A DNA stretch of 59,685 nt, counting the filler, from Sluysia triapertura (Eukaryota), in the NCBI GenBank assembly GCA_046118255.1. It is 5 parts of 5 records of this genome, joined end to end, with 100 filler letters (N's around TTAATTAATTAA, not from the genome) between each part and the next. Parts side by side here need not be neighbours in the genome. Positions count along the whole stretch, not along the records: positions 11,272 to 23,229 come from JBJNIA010152716.1; positions 23,330 to 36,691 come from JBJNIA010044461.1; 3 more parts are not named here. One strand, written 5' to 3'. Each line of letters starts with the position of its first letter. The stretch's first letter is position 1. Of this stretch, positions 13,159-23,452 are shown in pieces. Position numbers and translations under genes: made by a program. Below the pieces are notes generated by a model, which saw only the letters and a list, made by a program, of their open reading frames with translations, searched no databases and was not told the DNA's origin.

Positions 13159-13640
13159 CTTTAGTAATATGTTTGATATATTCTATGAATTTTGGATATA
13201 CTTTGGCGGCATTAAGTAATTTAGATGAAAGAGTAAAATGCTTACATAAAGCATGTTGTGACATCGATGTAAATATCACAAAGGCAATGGAAATGAAAGC
13301 CACATCTCTCTATGCTAGTGTAACAGCAACATTTACTATATTTGGAACAATAAGTGCTTTTTATCTGGTATAATGAGTGATTATTTTGGACGAAAAAAGA
13401 GTTTAATAATCAGTAATTTTATTGGAGTTATTGGTGGATCATTTGCAGTTTTAAGTTTTGTTAAAATGAATGTAATGTTTTTGTACATAAGTCGTTCTAT
13501 ATTATGTATAAATGCTGGATTGACAAGTGTTATAACACCAATATTTTTGGCAGAAATTCCTCCAACGTTAATTCGTGGTACAATTACAGCATGTCATCAA
13601 TTATCAATTACATTTGGTATTTTTCTTGTCTATTTAACAT
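13140..13640 (+). pseudogene. Sugar porter (SLC2/GLUT-like, MFS) N-terminal half, frameshifted and truncated
   Basis: Motifs NFGY, SDYFGRKKSL, ISR...INAGL, P.FLAEIPP..IRG...HQLSITFGI. One extra T in the T5 run at 13358-13362 restores AFLSGIMSDYFGRK. Similarity stops after about TM5. Confidence 0.85.
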
Positions 13641-13659
13641 TTTATTTTCCGAAAACTAA

Positions 13660-13825
13660 AAAATGTGTATTTTATGACCTCGTTTTAACCATGGCTGGTG
13701 ATTCTTTCGATGGAAATGTGGACGATGCAGAAAAAGGAGAAAGAAAAGAAGCTATAAGTTTTGTTGTTCGAAGTATGTGATTTATGTTAAATGTTAAAAA
13801 CTTTAATTATTTATTGTTCATTTTG
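13660..13825 (-). mobile_element. Possible LINE ORF2 (APE endonuclease) start remnant
   Basis: MNNK*LKFLTFNIN resembles the APE N-terminal L.I.T(F/W)NIN motif. It abuts the truncated sugar porter. Confidence 0.3.
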
Positions 13826-14923
13826 TTAATATTACAAACTTTATATCTATTAGATTTATACATAAATTTGATATTAATAAATCTCGTGGACTACTTAGTT
13901 GTTTTGATTATTTGTTTGTTTATGATTGTTTTGGGCCTTAAGACCTTTTTGTTAAAATTTAAATTAAGATTACTTAATTATTTCGTTGTAATTAAATTTT
14001 TCTTAAAGTTGAATATTTTTAAAAATAAAATTAAAATTAAAAAATGTAGATTGATGCGGCCCTCCACACTTTAAGGTTCTTTTCGAGGGTTCCAGCAATT
14101 TTCAAATTCACACTTCAATCAACTATATCATGTCCCGCGTCTACGATTAGAGGGAACGATTTTCCATCTTCAAAAAACCAATTCGTTCGAAAGGAAAGAC
14201 AATTGGAGATCACCAGCATTCATTATTAATTAATTCCTAAGTTTGTTCTAAATAGTTTGTAAACTCACATTGAGCTAAAATCTGCACTTAAACTATTACT
14301 TTTCACGGTTGGTCATTAAGGCCAGTCATAAAATCAAACTAAAATATAAAATCCTAAACCTTTAGTTGGCCCTTAAGGTCAATTATAAAGTAGATATTGT
14401 AGGGTAGAGTCTTTTGGCTAAACCCTAATTATAATTTAAATATCATCCTTATTATAATTTTGTCTAATTTGGTGTTCTTAATATTCATAATTGCCTATTT
14501 TATTAATTTAAAACAATTTTATTTTATTTTTTTGTGTAATAAAAATATGAGAAAAGTATTGAGTTCCTTTTATTATAGTATAGACTTAATTTGAGCTTAC
14601 GGTTATTTAACTTTAGTAATAATTCGTAATTAATATATTCTTCGCATCAAAAATTACATTGATTTTGATATTTTTTCATTAAATTTTAATAAGAATTATA
14701 AAATTCTACGATCATTATATTAGGATTTGGAGATAAAAAAACGTTACATTTTTTATACCATCGTTAATTATCTGATTTTTCATAAATTAGCGTTGGTCTT
14801 GATTATTTTTTAAGCTAGTTAGATTCAGTTGATATAAACTACGATTTTTGCCCATTATTGTTGAGTTAAGGCAAAGAAATTTTTTGTACGATTAATTTTG
14901 ATAATTGTTTTTTCACTTAATTT

Positions 14924-15017
14924 TACAGGTACGCCATTATTAAGTCGTGTACTGTAAACGAACTCAGAATAATAATTTATTTTGCTATAGGATAGGTTTT
15001 TAGATTAAGAAAAACAC
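14924..15017 (+). repeat. Interspersed repeat (DNA-transposon-like end), copy 1
   Basis: TTACAG.TA.GCC...TAAGTCGTGTACTGTA...TTTATTTTGC..TAG is shared with 35012-35102. Confidence 0.65.
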
Positions 15018-15839
15018 CCAGCATATTGAATGCCAAGCACTGTTCGGTGACATGACAAATTGCCACGTGGTGATATGTTTATGTAGGAGATTTCTTGTTG
15101 AAGGTATGATTTAATTAATTTCTCTTATATTTTTTACTGTCATGCACATATGAATAAATCATTGAGGCATGTAATGTGTTGCAGGAAGAAAAAACATGTA
15201 CCTATTCCATTAATTTAATAAAAACCATAAGTATACAGTTCAGCTGGATCATAATTTATATCGTCATTTCAATTTGGTGATGGCCAAAAGCCAGAAAGAT
15301 CTACGTAAGACAAAAAGAAACCTAGCAATAAGTAAAGTTCCTTTAATGACATTAGAAAATGTTAATATTGATAAATTTTATGTATGGCAAAATATAAAAA
15401 TTAATAATGATATTGCCGTCCTTATACAATAAGATGTTTCGAATCATTGTAAATACAGGAATTACCTTTTATAAGAACTGCTGGTCACTTGATCGACAAT
15501 TAACAATCACAATACTAGTTTGTATTATTGGATACAATTCGCGCTTTGTATAGCACTGTTCAACCTATTACTCATCTTACTCTTATACATCCTGTAAATA
15601 ATAATTTGTCACCATAAAATAATTTAGTAAAGTAGTTAAACCTTATTTATTTATTTATAAGTAGCTTTTTAGGATAATATAGGTAAAGTCCACTGATCCC
15701 ATCTTCGCTGGGTAGTTACGTAAAGTTAAAATAATAAGTTTTAGATTAGTAAAATAAGTTTTGCTTTGAATTATCCTTTTAGCTTCAATTACAAGTTTTA
15801 ATAAAATGATTTGCTATATTTTAGAGAATCTTTAGTTAA

Positions 15840-15990
15840 GTGTTCACCTTAAACAGTTGACACTATTAAACATCCATTTTGTCTTCTTCAGAATAAAAGT
15901 CATAGATTGTAATCTTTTCTTCAAATGTTCTTTCAGAATTTCTTTTAAATTCCAACTGACCTTGATACCATCCATGGACCGTATCGTCTT
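15840..15990 (-). mobile_element. Possible second gag remnant
   Basis: DTVHGWYQGQLEFKRNSERTFEEKITIYDFYSEEDKMDV* is weakly gag-like (W..FE..Y..EEDK). Confidence 0.25.
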
Positions 15991-16732
15991 ATCATTCACT
16001 TACATTTACTCTTTAACAGTGCAAAGTCTTTAGGTAATTACACAGAATGCCCTACTCGTTAAGCAAACCCTTTTATTAAAATTATTAAATATAAATTTTG
16101 ATATTGATACACTCATTTTATGATCTAATTTAATATGTATGTTGTGTCATGTTGCTTACTCTAATCATTTTAAGAATTTATGCTCACATTTTATTATTGT
16201 GCGAAATAACCACTCGTGATTAGCTTTGGAGACAATGTAGAGACCGATTTATATTAACACGAATATTAATCAACGAACATCTAAATTACTGGAATTCCTG
16301 AAACTTATTTTCGTTTAATTTCAGGAAAATAATTAGTTTGTTCAAAAAAACTATAGGTTTCAAGATTAATACATAAATCAGTATTATTTTCGAAAATCAA
16401 ACTTTATAATTAACGCTCTTTATAATTTCGTTGATGAAATAATTAATATATAAAACTTTCAAAAAATATTACGCTAAAGTAATTTGAATAAAATACCTTT
16501 TATAAGCCGCAAATTAATATTGTGCGAAATAATGTTAACCTTATTTGGCTAACAAAGATTCAGTACATTTAGCAACTTGTTAATAGAGTTAAAATATAAA
16601 CTAAAACCTTTTCTTGTTTTCATTAATGATTCCATACATAGCAAAAAATTTAAACATTTAAACTGCATAAACATGAAAAGATAGTATTAGTATATCAATT
16701 AAACATTTTACAATATTACATTACATATAAAA

Positions 16733-17125
16733 TTATTCTCCAAAAAATCGAAAAGATGAAGATAATAATTTCCATTTAGCATCATCATCCTTCTTAGCTA
16801 ATAATGTATCATTAAATAACTTAGTTTTTTGACCGTCATAAACAATTTTACCGGTTACAAAAATTGAAACTGACTTAAATTGACTGGAAATAATAGGATT
16901 AATTGGTTGTGCATTCAAAGATAATATTGTTGTTTTTGAACTTGGTAAACTATCGTAAAATTTTTGTACATCTTGACATTGAACTACATTACCATTCCAA
17001 TTCAATGTTGCTCCTTCAGCAAAATAAGTTACCATATTTGCACGAGTCTGATCATAGTCTTTATAATACGCTGTAGTTAATTTTTCAGCAACTTCAGCTG
17101 CAATTTCCCAATCAGCATCTTCCAT
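16733..17125 (-). CDS. NXT1: NTF2-related export protein (p15), intronless
   Basis: Intact 130-aa ORF with the NXT motifs AE..T.AYY...D, ATLNWNGN.V, FYDSLPSS, L.AQP, V.G.I.YDG.K...FN and WK..S..FRF. Confidence 0.93.
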   Translation of the reverse strand: MEDADWEIAAEVAEKLTTAYYKDYDQTRANMVTYFAEGATLNWNGNVVQCQDVQKFYDSLPSSKTTILSLNAQPINPIISSQFKSVSIFVTGKIVYDGQKTKLFNDTLLAKKDDDAKWKLLSSSFRFFGE

Positions 17126-17474
17126 TATAAATAAATTTAATGTAATTCTAAGAACCCTGTTTTAAATATTGATTATTTAAACAAATATGTATATATATAT
17201 TATACGGTCATAAAAAAATTTTATCAATCAAATTTATATTTTATAATGAAAGTTTATACACATTCACGCTTTATCAAAAATAAAATGATATCAAAATATA
17301 TTAAAGTAATAATTCACATGTACTTAAACAAATTATTTCTTAACATTATATAGATATTTGAATAAAGTTTCTTCTACTGTTTATTACTAATTAATTGAAA
17401 CATTATGAAAGTAATTTTACTTTTATTTATGTATCTGAAAAATTTCTAAGTGTAATTTTTTATTATTTATTTTA

Positions 17475-18113
17475 ATGACAGAAATTGATTTAAGTGACAT
17501 TAAAGTCGAATTAAAAAATATCGAAAGTTTAAAGACTGATGATTGCTGTGAATTAACTAATTTACTGAATCCGACTTTGAAGTGTATTCAGTTGGCAAAT
17601 TCCCAATTAAATCTTCCAAACGCAGAGCTAATTGTAATATTGTGCAATTCACGATTTATTGAGCTTTATCATAAATTATCACAAGAATATATTAAGTCAA
17701 GTCGAGGTATCGCAGTTTGTCACAATTGTAATAAAACAATAGAAAAAGATTTGTATTATCATATAATTAAATCAGAATTCAGCCAACCATTACAGATAAA
17801 ATTCAAATCTAGTGATATTATATTGTTGTATTCATTTGGAATTTTCAATAAATTGTTGGAAAATGTATTTAATAAAACAGGAATAAATTGGGATAATGTT
17901 GAACGAATGCTTAATTCGACTACCAATTTAAATCCGAATTCTATAGAATTATTTCATTACATTCGTAAATCTAATGAACAGATAAAAACTCCTCATGAAA
18001 TTCAGAATCAAATATATGATCAAATTTTATCAAAATTAGATCGCATAGAGTCTCGATCGATTAAAATTGAAGAAAGGTTGAATAATTTTGATGTTTCTAA
18101 TTTAAATAAGTAA
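17475..18113 (+). CDS. Uncharacterised 212-aa protein (CxxC..H motif, C-terminal coiled coil)
   Basis: Long intact ATG-TAA ORF in very AT-rich DNA, with AATAAA about 20 nt downstream. Divergent from NXT1. Contains CHNC...LYYH and the heptad-like tail ILSKLDRIESRSIKIEERL. Confidence 0.7.
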   Translation: MTEIDLSDIKVELKNIESLKTDDCCELTNLLNPTLKCIQLANSQLNLPNAELIVILCNSRFIELYHKLSQEYIKSSRGIAVCHNCNKTIEKDLYYHIIKSEFSQPLQIKFKSSDIILLYSFGIFNKLLENVFNKTGINWDNVERMLNSTTNLNPNSIELFHYIRKSNEQIKTPHEIQNQIYDQILSKLDRIESRSIKIEERLNNFDVSNLNK

Positions 18114-18619
18114 TTTTAATGAATTTATAGAACAATAAATACTTGAATGCAAATATTTTTCGTGTTAAGTTTGTGAACCTTTTAGACAATGTTTTTAAGT
18201 GCATTTTATATATTAAGATACAACGCTTATTTTTGTGCAATACATTTAATTCTTATATTTGATGCAGTATTTATCAGAATTTTGTATTAAGCTTCAATTT
18301 AATTGATTTAATATAATAAATTTCATTTTTAATACCTCTATTAAATAAACAGAATTTTCTTCGAACGATAAAGGTTGTAGTTGTAATTTAATTTTAAAGT
18401 TTGATCTTATGATAAAATGATATTATCCTCGAATTAAAGTAAATTAATTAATGGCAACTGAAATAATTATGATAGTCAACTGAAAATAGGAAGTACTGAC
18501 CAAGTATTTTCTTTTCGAAATATCATTTAAAATTAAAGGGTTGTAATGTTAAACTAAAAATAGTATCTGTATTTTTATCCCTTCGCTTTTGACTTTTAGC
18601 AAGCTGAATTATGAATTAT

Positions 18620-18644
18620 GACCTGATTGGTTGGCACCCTGTAA
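18620..18644 (-). repeat. DNA-transposon terminal sequence with a related copy at ~54484-54508
   Basis: Reverse complement TACAGGGTGCCAACCAATCAGGTC versus TATAGGGATGCCAACCATTAAGGTC. A second TACAGGGTGG start lies at ~18702. Confidence 0.45.
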
Positions 18645-18959
18645 TATTTTACAATTATATGCAAACAATCATGCATGGGTCACTGGCCACTTTGCAAGTA
18701 ATACAGGGTGGTTTTTCGAATTTTAAATGAAACTTATTAATGTCGAGGGTCTATATTGACTTTTAAAAGAAATACTAAAGGGTTTATGAACTTTTTATTA
18801 CAAGAACTTCAAACATTATTTTAGGACAAGTAAAAGTGGAGTGGTAAAGTTCTAAGAAGCACGTCGGCGTAGATAACGTGAAAATTAGTTATTTTAATTA
18901 ATCTTTATAATTTAAAATTAAAGTTAAATATAATAATAATATTATATATTTCTGAAACA

Positions 18960-19460
18960 GAAACAACTTTGCCTTTTCCTTAAATATTTCATAATCTTCC
19001 AGTAATTTGACATTCTCTAGTAGTACTGGTTGTGTATTTTTGAAACATAAACGATATACAACCTATCACCTAGCTCTTATTATCACTGTGGATTCTGTAT
19101 AGATTATTATTGTCTCAATGAAATATTATTCATCTTAGTTTCCAAATTTTTTACCATTTATAAAAGATATTCAGGACTTCCGTGTAATGTAAACATTTGT
19201 AAATTATTGTCATGGTTTTGAATTCTATTCTTGCTTTTATTGGCAACCAATAAGTTGTTACATGAGATCTTCTTCCCACTTGGAGAATTAGTCTTGCTGC
19301 TTGATTAATTGTTCATTGTAATTTTTTCTATCTGAAATTGAGTACAATAAATCATTGTTAAATCTATGTTGCTAGTTATCAATGAATGAACAATAAGTTT
19401 AACTCTAGAATGTCATCGAATAAATATTAGTTTCTGACTGATATTGTTATTATTATGTAA
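18960..19460 (-). mobile_element. L2-type LINE RT 3' fragment, same family as 8347-8960
   Basis: INQAARLILQVGRRSHVTTYWLPIKARIEFKTMTIIYKC. Direct nucleotide similarity to ~8790-8950. Confidence 0.85.
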
Positions 19461-19729
19461 GTGTTATATATAAATGAACAGAGGATTTATATTTCTTTTT
19501 TAGCTTTTAGTATGCGATATTTAAATGGTTCTATACAGTTTCCTCATTCTGAAACGACCTTAATATCGATTGTACAAATATTATTTTATTCTGTAAATGA
19601 CAAACAATGTGGAGTAGAAGTCGAGTATCAACGCGTCCTTTTGCCTGTAGATTTGATAAGTACTAAATTGAAGAAAAGAACTCGCAAGTACTTTGTATAA
19701 GATATTGTATAGGATATTACAATTATCCT

Positions 19730-20206
19730 AACATTTAAAAATGTTCCAGGGACGATAAGATGCTCCAAAAAGCACAAGAAAATATATTTTCTTTGGTGGT
19801 TCTTCAAAAATGTGGCTGAAAGAAGAAAACATCAATAGGAAATTAAACTTTCTACGATGAATCGTAAAGCTACCAGTATGACATTGTAGAAGCAATTAGA
19901 GACTTGCGGAATTCACGTTAGTGCCGAAACTGTCAGAAGGAGACTTGTAGATAATGGTTTGAGAGCGAGACGACCCAGAAGAATGATCAGTAAAACGTTG
20001 GCATGGGATAAGCAACGCCAACATTTAACTGGGGGCGACTGGAGTCACGAATCGTTCTTTCAAGTATTGGATGACAAGACCACCTTTATAAGGAGACCTA
20101 ATGAGGATGATTGTGTCATAGAAGCTACGAAACATCCAACTTTTGATTAATGGTTGAATTTTATCACAGAAATAGTCTTTCTTCTAATAATTTGGCCACT
20201 TCTGTA
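19730..20206 (+). mobile_element. Tc1-family element: decayed N-terminal/central transposase plus right TIR
   Basis: QLETCGIHVSAETVRRRLVDNGLRARRPR...LAWDKQRQHLTGGDW..ESFF...FIRRPNE.DCVIEATKHP. Ends CTAATAATTTGGCCACTTCTG|TA. Confidence 0.85.
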
Positions 20207-20304
20207 ATTACTAGTTAAACCCTTGGTGCTTAAACCTATAGTTTCGATACAAGCCTAAAGTGCAATTTAGAATAGTCATAGTATAACTGACTATAAAAAA
20301 CAAA

Positions 20305-20339
20305 ATTGTTAGCTGATAGCTCAGTTGTCAGATGATCGA
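20305..20339 (+). repeat. Degenerate 5' fragment of the tRNA-Ala-derived element
   Basis: ATTGTTAG-CTGATAGCTCAGTTGTCAGATGATCGA aligns with ATTGTTAGACGGGGCTGATAGCTCAGTGGCAGAGCATCGA (22303-22342) after a 6-nt deletion. Confidence 0.7.
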
Positions 20340-21142
20340 ACTACACATTTTTATTATTTCAAGATAAATTCACACACATTTTGTCATAAATAATCATTTA
20401 CATGTATAAAAATAAAACACGAGTTTACTCGTGGTTGGCAATGGGAATGCAACAGGACTCGATATCCTTTTTGTTATTTATAAAAAAACAAATCATGAAT
20501 CACTCAAATAGATAAAAATATAAAAATACCGAAAAAACGGGACGATTACTTTGCAGACGATTACTTAGATTCTATTTCGTCTCCGAGATAACGGCATCAT
20601 GTAATATTGAACAATTTGACTCTGAGTTTATCTGCAATATCTCTCTCACCAGTAAGCAGTGTAATTTTGTAGAGTCAGATGTAGTACCTGTCAATAAATT
20701 ATTAGTTCGAAAATATACATAACAAATTAATAAATAAAGTAGAATTTTATAAAAACAAGTTTATTTATAGTTTTTTAAAAAGTTTTTAACCTTATACATT
20801 CGTGGTTGGGTTAAGGGATACAATGTTGAACTGCGTGCGTAATTGATGCCTTTCTGTGTTAGATAATTAGGAAATGATAAAGTAGAAAAACATACAAAAT
20901 AACAATAATATAACTTACGAAGATGCAATTAATTACGTAAAATTCAGTAAATATAGTAGTCTACTAACTCAACTGCAAGTTTCATGTCAAGGTTCAGAAA
21001 ACAAACTAACTAAACAAATAGAGAGTTCTGTTTAACGAAAACACGACAACTGTTTAAGAATTTCATTTTCATATTTGATAACACAAATTAATAGCGCGCT
21101 TCCCTTTTTCGTGGTGCATTCAATAATCAAAATTAACCATTT

Positions 21143-22683
21143 TCATTTGACATTTTCTGTTGGCTGTCGAGGATACTTCAAATGTTTCAATTGTTCATAA
21201 GACAAAGGTACAAATCCTGGTTCATTCAACGATTGATAGATTTTAATTATAATAATTATGAGGATTATTAAGGCAAGTAATCCCAGGACGCCCAGTATAA
21301 GAAACACAATACCGATGATTGCCTTCCATCTGTAAAAATAATTACAACACGATGATAATAATAATAATAATAATATAATGTAAAGTATCATGCTCATTTT
21401 AATTCTAAAATCGTGTTAATAAATATCATTCAAAAATTAGTACCATTGAGATCATAATACTTTATATTAAATTAAAGTGAGATTACATAGAGGTAATGAT
21501 AAGTCGTTTGAAGCCAACAAATCAAGTATTTATAAATTATTAAGTAAACAAAATGAAAATCATTTTAAAACTGATAAAATTACGTCAAATGACTTTAAAA
21601 TTTTGTGTATCGAAAGTTTAAAATATACGAAATGGCATTAATAGTTCAAATATTAAATTAGAAATGCAAAAATAGAACATAAACAAATTTTAATTAAAGG
21701 AAATTAATGCGGATGATTTAAAGCAAATTATATCGGAAATTAAAAAAACAAGTTCTATTGACTCAATACCAAACAAACTTATCAAAAAATTCAATTTTAT
21801 TGAAAATTATTAATAATTCATTATATAGTCTAAAATTCCCTTCAAGTGGAAAAGTATCCGTTATAGTACCTCATCTGAAACATGGTGATCCATTGCATTT
21901 AAATAATTTCAGACCCGTATTGTATAATATAAATAATATAAATTCAAAATTTAGTAACAAATAACAATCAATATTAAATTGAAATTTTAAAATCATTTTA
22001 AAGTGAGCTCGTGTAGAGGCAACAAAGTTATTAAAATTTATAAACATCAAACCTTCTATCATTGTTAATAAAATCATTTTAAAATAATTAATAAAAATAA
22101 TATGAAATCAAATTTTAAGAGCTTAATATCCGATTAAAATTATATTAAAAGCAGTATTTAAAATATTAAATTAGGATTAAATAAAATCAATATATAATTA
22201 AAATTTAATAACATTATATTCGATCAAAATTAACTTTAATTTGTTGGGATAAAATGCCTAAAAAGTGCCAAGTAGTATAATTGAATATATTAAAAAAATG
22301 AGATTGTTAGACGGGGCTGATAGCTCAGTGGCAGAGCATCGACTGCGCAGACGATGCTCCCGGGTTCGATCCCCGGTCAGTCCATTTTACGAAGTCTAAC
22401 AAATTAAAGATTAGATAAAATAGACAAAAATTATATACAATTAATATTTAGAAGTATTTTGATCTACTAAAATCATTTTAAACTGAAATTATATAGAAAT
22501 AATATTAAATTAATAATGAGTTAATAATTAGTTAATGTAATTAATAATAATTACATTCTTCATACTATGTGATTTGAAAATAAAAATAAAAGAACTATCA
22601 TTTACATAACTCATTACAACAAAAAAGGTTTCTGTTGGACGGAGAAATTAATTGGAAATTGATGCAAGTTATCCATATCCGTG
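21143..22683 (-). CDS. Last two exons of a single-pass membrane protein (22618-22683, 21143-21329)
   Basis: A phase-2-compatible GT/AG junction gives TDMDNLHQFPINFSVQQKPFLL/WKAIIGIVFLILGVLGLLALIILIIIII-KIYQSLNEPGFVPLSYEQLKHLKYPRQPTENVK*. Upstream exons were not found in this scaffold. Confidence 0.6.
21690..22100 (+). mobile_element. L2/CR1-group LINE RT N-terminal fragment, decayed
   Basis: KEINADDLKQIISEIKKTSSIDSIPNKLIK / LLKIINNSLYSLKFPSSGKVSVIVPHLKHGDPLHLNNFRPV, the IN.SL..FP..WK...P..K....N(Y/F)RP motif. Confidence 0.8.
22305..22401 (+). mobile_element. 97-bp element with TG...CA inverted termini enclosing the tRNA-like cassette
   Basis: TGTTAGAC (22305-22312) and GTCTAACA (22394-22401). 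The non-tRNA flanks are conserved in the copies at 20305 and 48046. Confidence 0.7.
22314..22384 (+). tRNA. tRNA-Ala(CGC)-derived pseudo-tRNA with an aberrant anticodon loop
   Basis: Acceptor stem GGGCTGA/TCAGTCC with G3:U70 and A73. D-arm GCTC-AGTGGCA-GAGC. T-arm CCGGG-TTCGATC-CCCGG as in animal tRNA-Ala. Anticodon arm TCGAC-TGCGCA-GACGA (6-nt loop, G at 33, A:A mismatch). TTTT follows. Confidence 0.8.
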
Positions 22684-23229
22684 CTATTTAGAATAGAATT
22701 ATATTATCATTGATTCAAAGCAGAGAAGTTTCGACAAAACTACTATCAGAGATAGAGTTCATTTAAACACATTCATAAACTTATAAATTACACAATAATA
22801 ATAATATTATTATTATTAATAAAATAATATTAATAAATTAAAATTGTACAAAATATCTACTAATGTCAATAAAAATTAAAAAACTTATTTTAATGTATTT
22901 TACATATGTAATTAATTGATTTTTAATATTTAAATTTAATAATTGAAATTTTAAGTATATGAACAGCTGTCATTTTGAAATCAGAAAAATAGCATATAAA
23001 TCAAGCAAATTTTACAATAAAAACACAAAAACATTGTTTAAAATGTTACAGATTCTTAGTGAAACATTAATTTATCAATTGTAATCATTGACAGGTGCAC
23101 CCGCAGAGGGCCCAGGCCCGAGAGAGGTACGACGAAAATTTCTCCCAAAAAGTACAGTGCATTTTATGACGTCAAGCATCTAGTGTACTTTGTATTTTGT
23201 TTGGTTTTTATAATATGTGTACTTTTTGA

Positions 23230-23329
23230 NNNNNNNNNNNNNNNNNNNNNNNNNNNNNNNNNNNNNNNNNNNNTTAATTAATTAANNNNNNNNNNNNNNN
23301 NNNNNNNNNNNNNNNNNNNNNNNNNNNNN
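23230..23329. other. Artificial scaffold-joining spacer
   Basis: N44-TTAATTAATTAA-N44. Confidence 0.95.
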
Positions 23330-23452
23330 TTGAGTAGAAAAAACTCTGACAAATTATTTTCTTTATGAGGTTCAGGAGGAGAAACATGAGGTTCCTTCAC
23401 GAAAACATGGGCTCGAAGGGTTCCTAGAAGTATAAAAGGTTGAAGACCCCTG
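23330..23452 (+). mobile_element. hAT (Charlie-like) element 3' end
   Basis: Ends ...GGGTTCC...AAAAGGTTGAAGACCCCTG, a typical Charlie/MER-type terminus. Confidence 0.55.

Noticed and set aside
13784-14074. 96-aa hydrophobic ORF after the sugar porter
   Set aside because: A T-rich composition artefact with no sugar-porter C-half motifs (PESP, QQ.SG.N, GRR).
22314-22384. Canonical functional tRNA (Cys-GCA, Arg-GCG or Ala-CGC)
   Set aside because: No register gives a paired 5-bp stem with a 7-nt U33/R37 loop. The body is Ala-type, so it is kept only as tRNA-derived.
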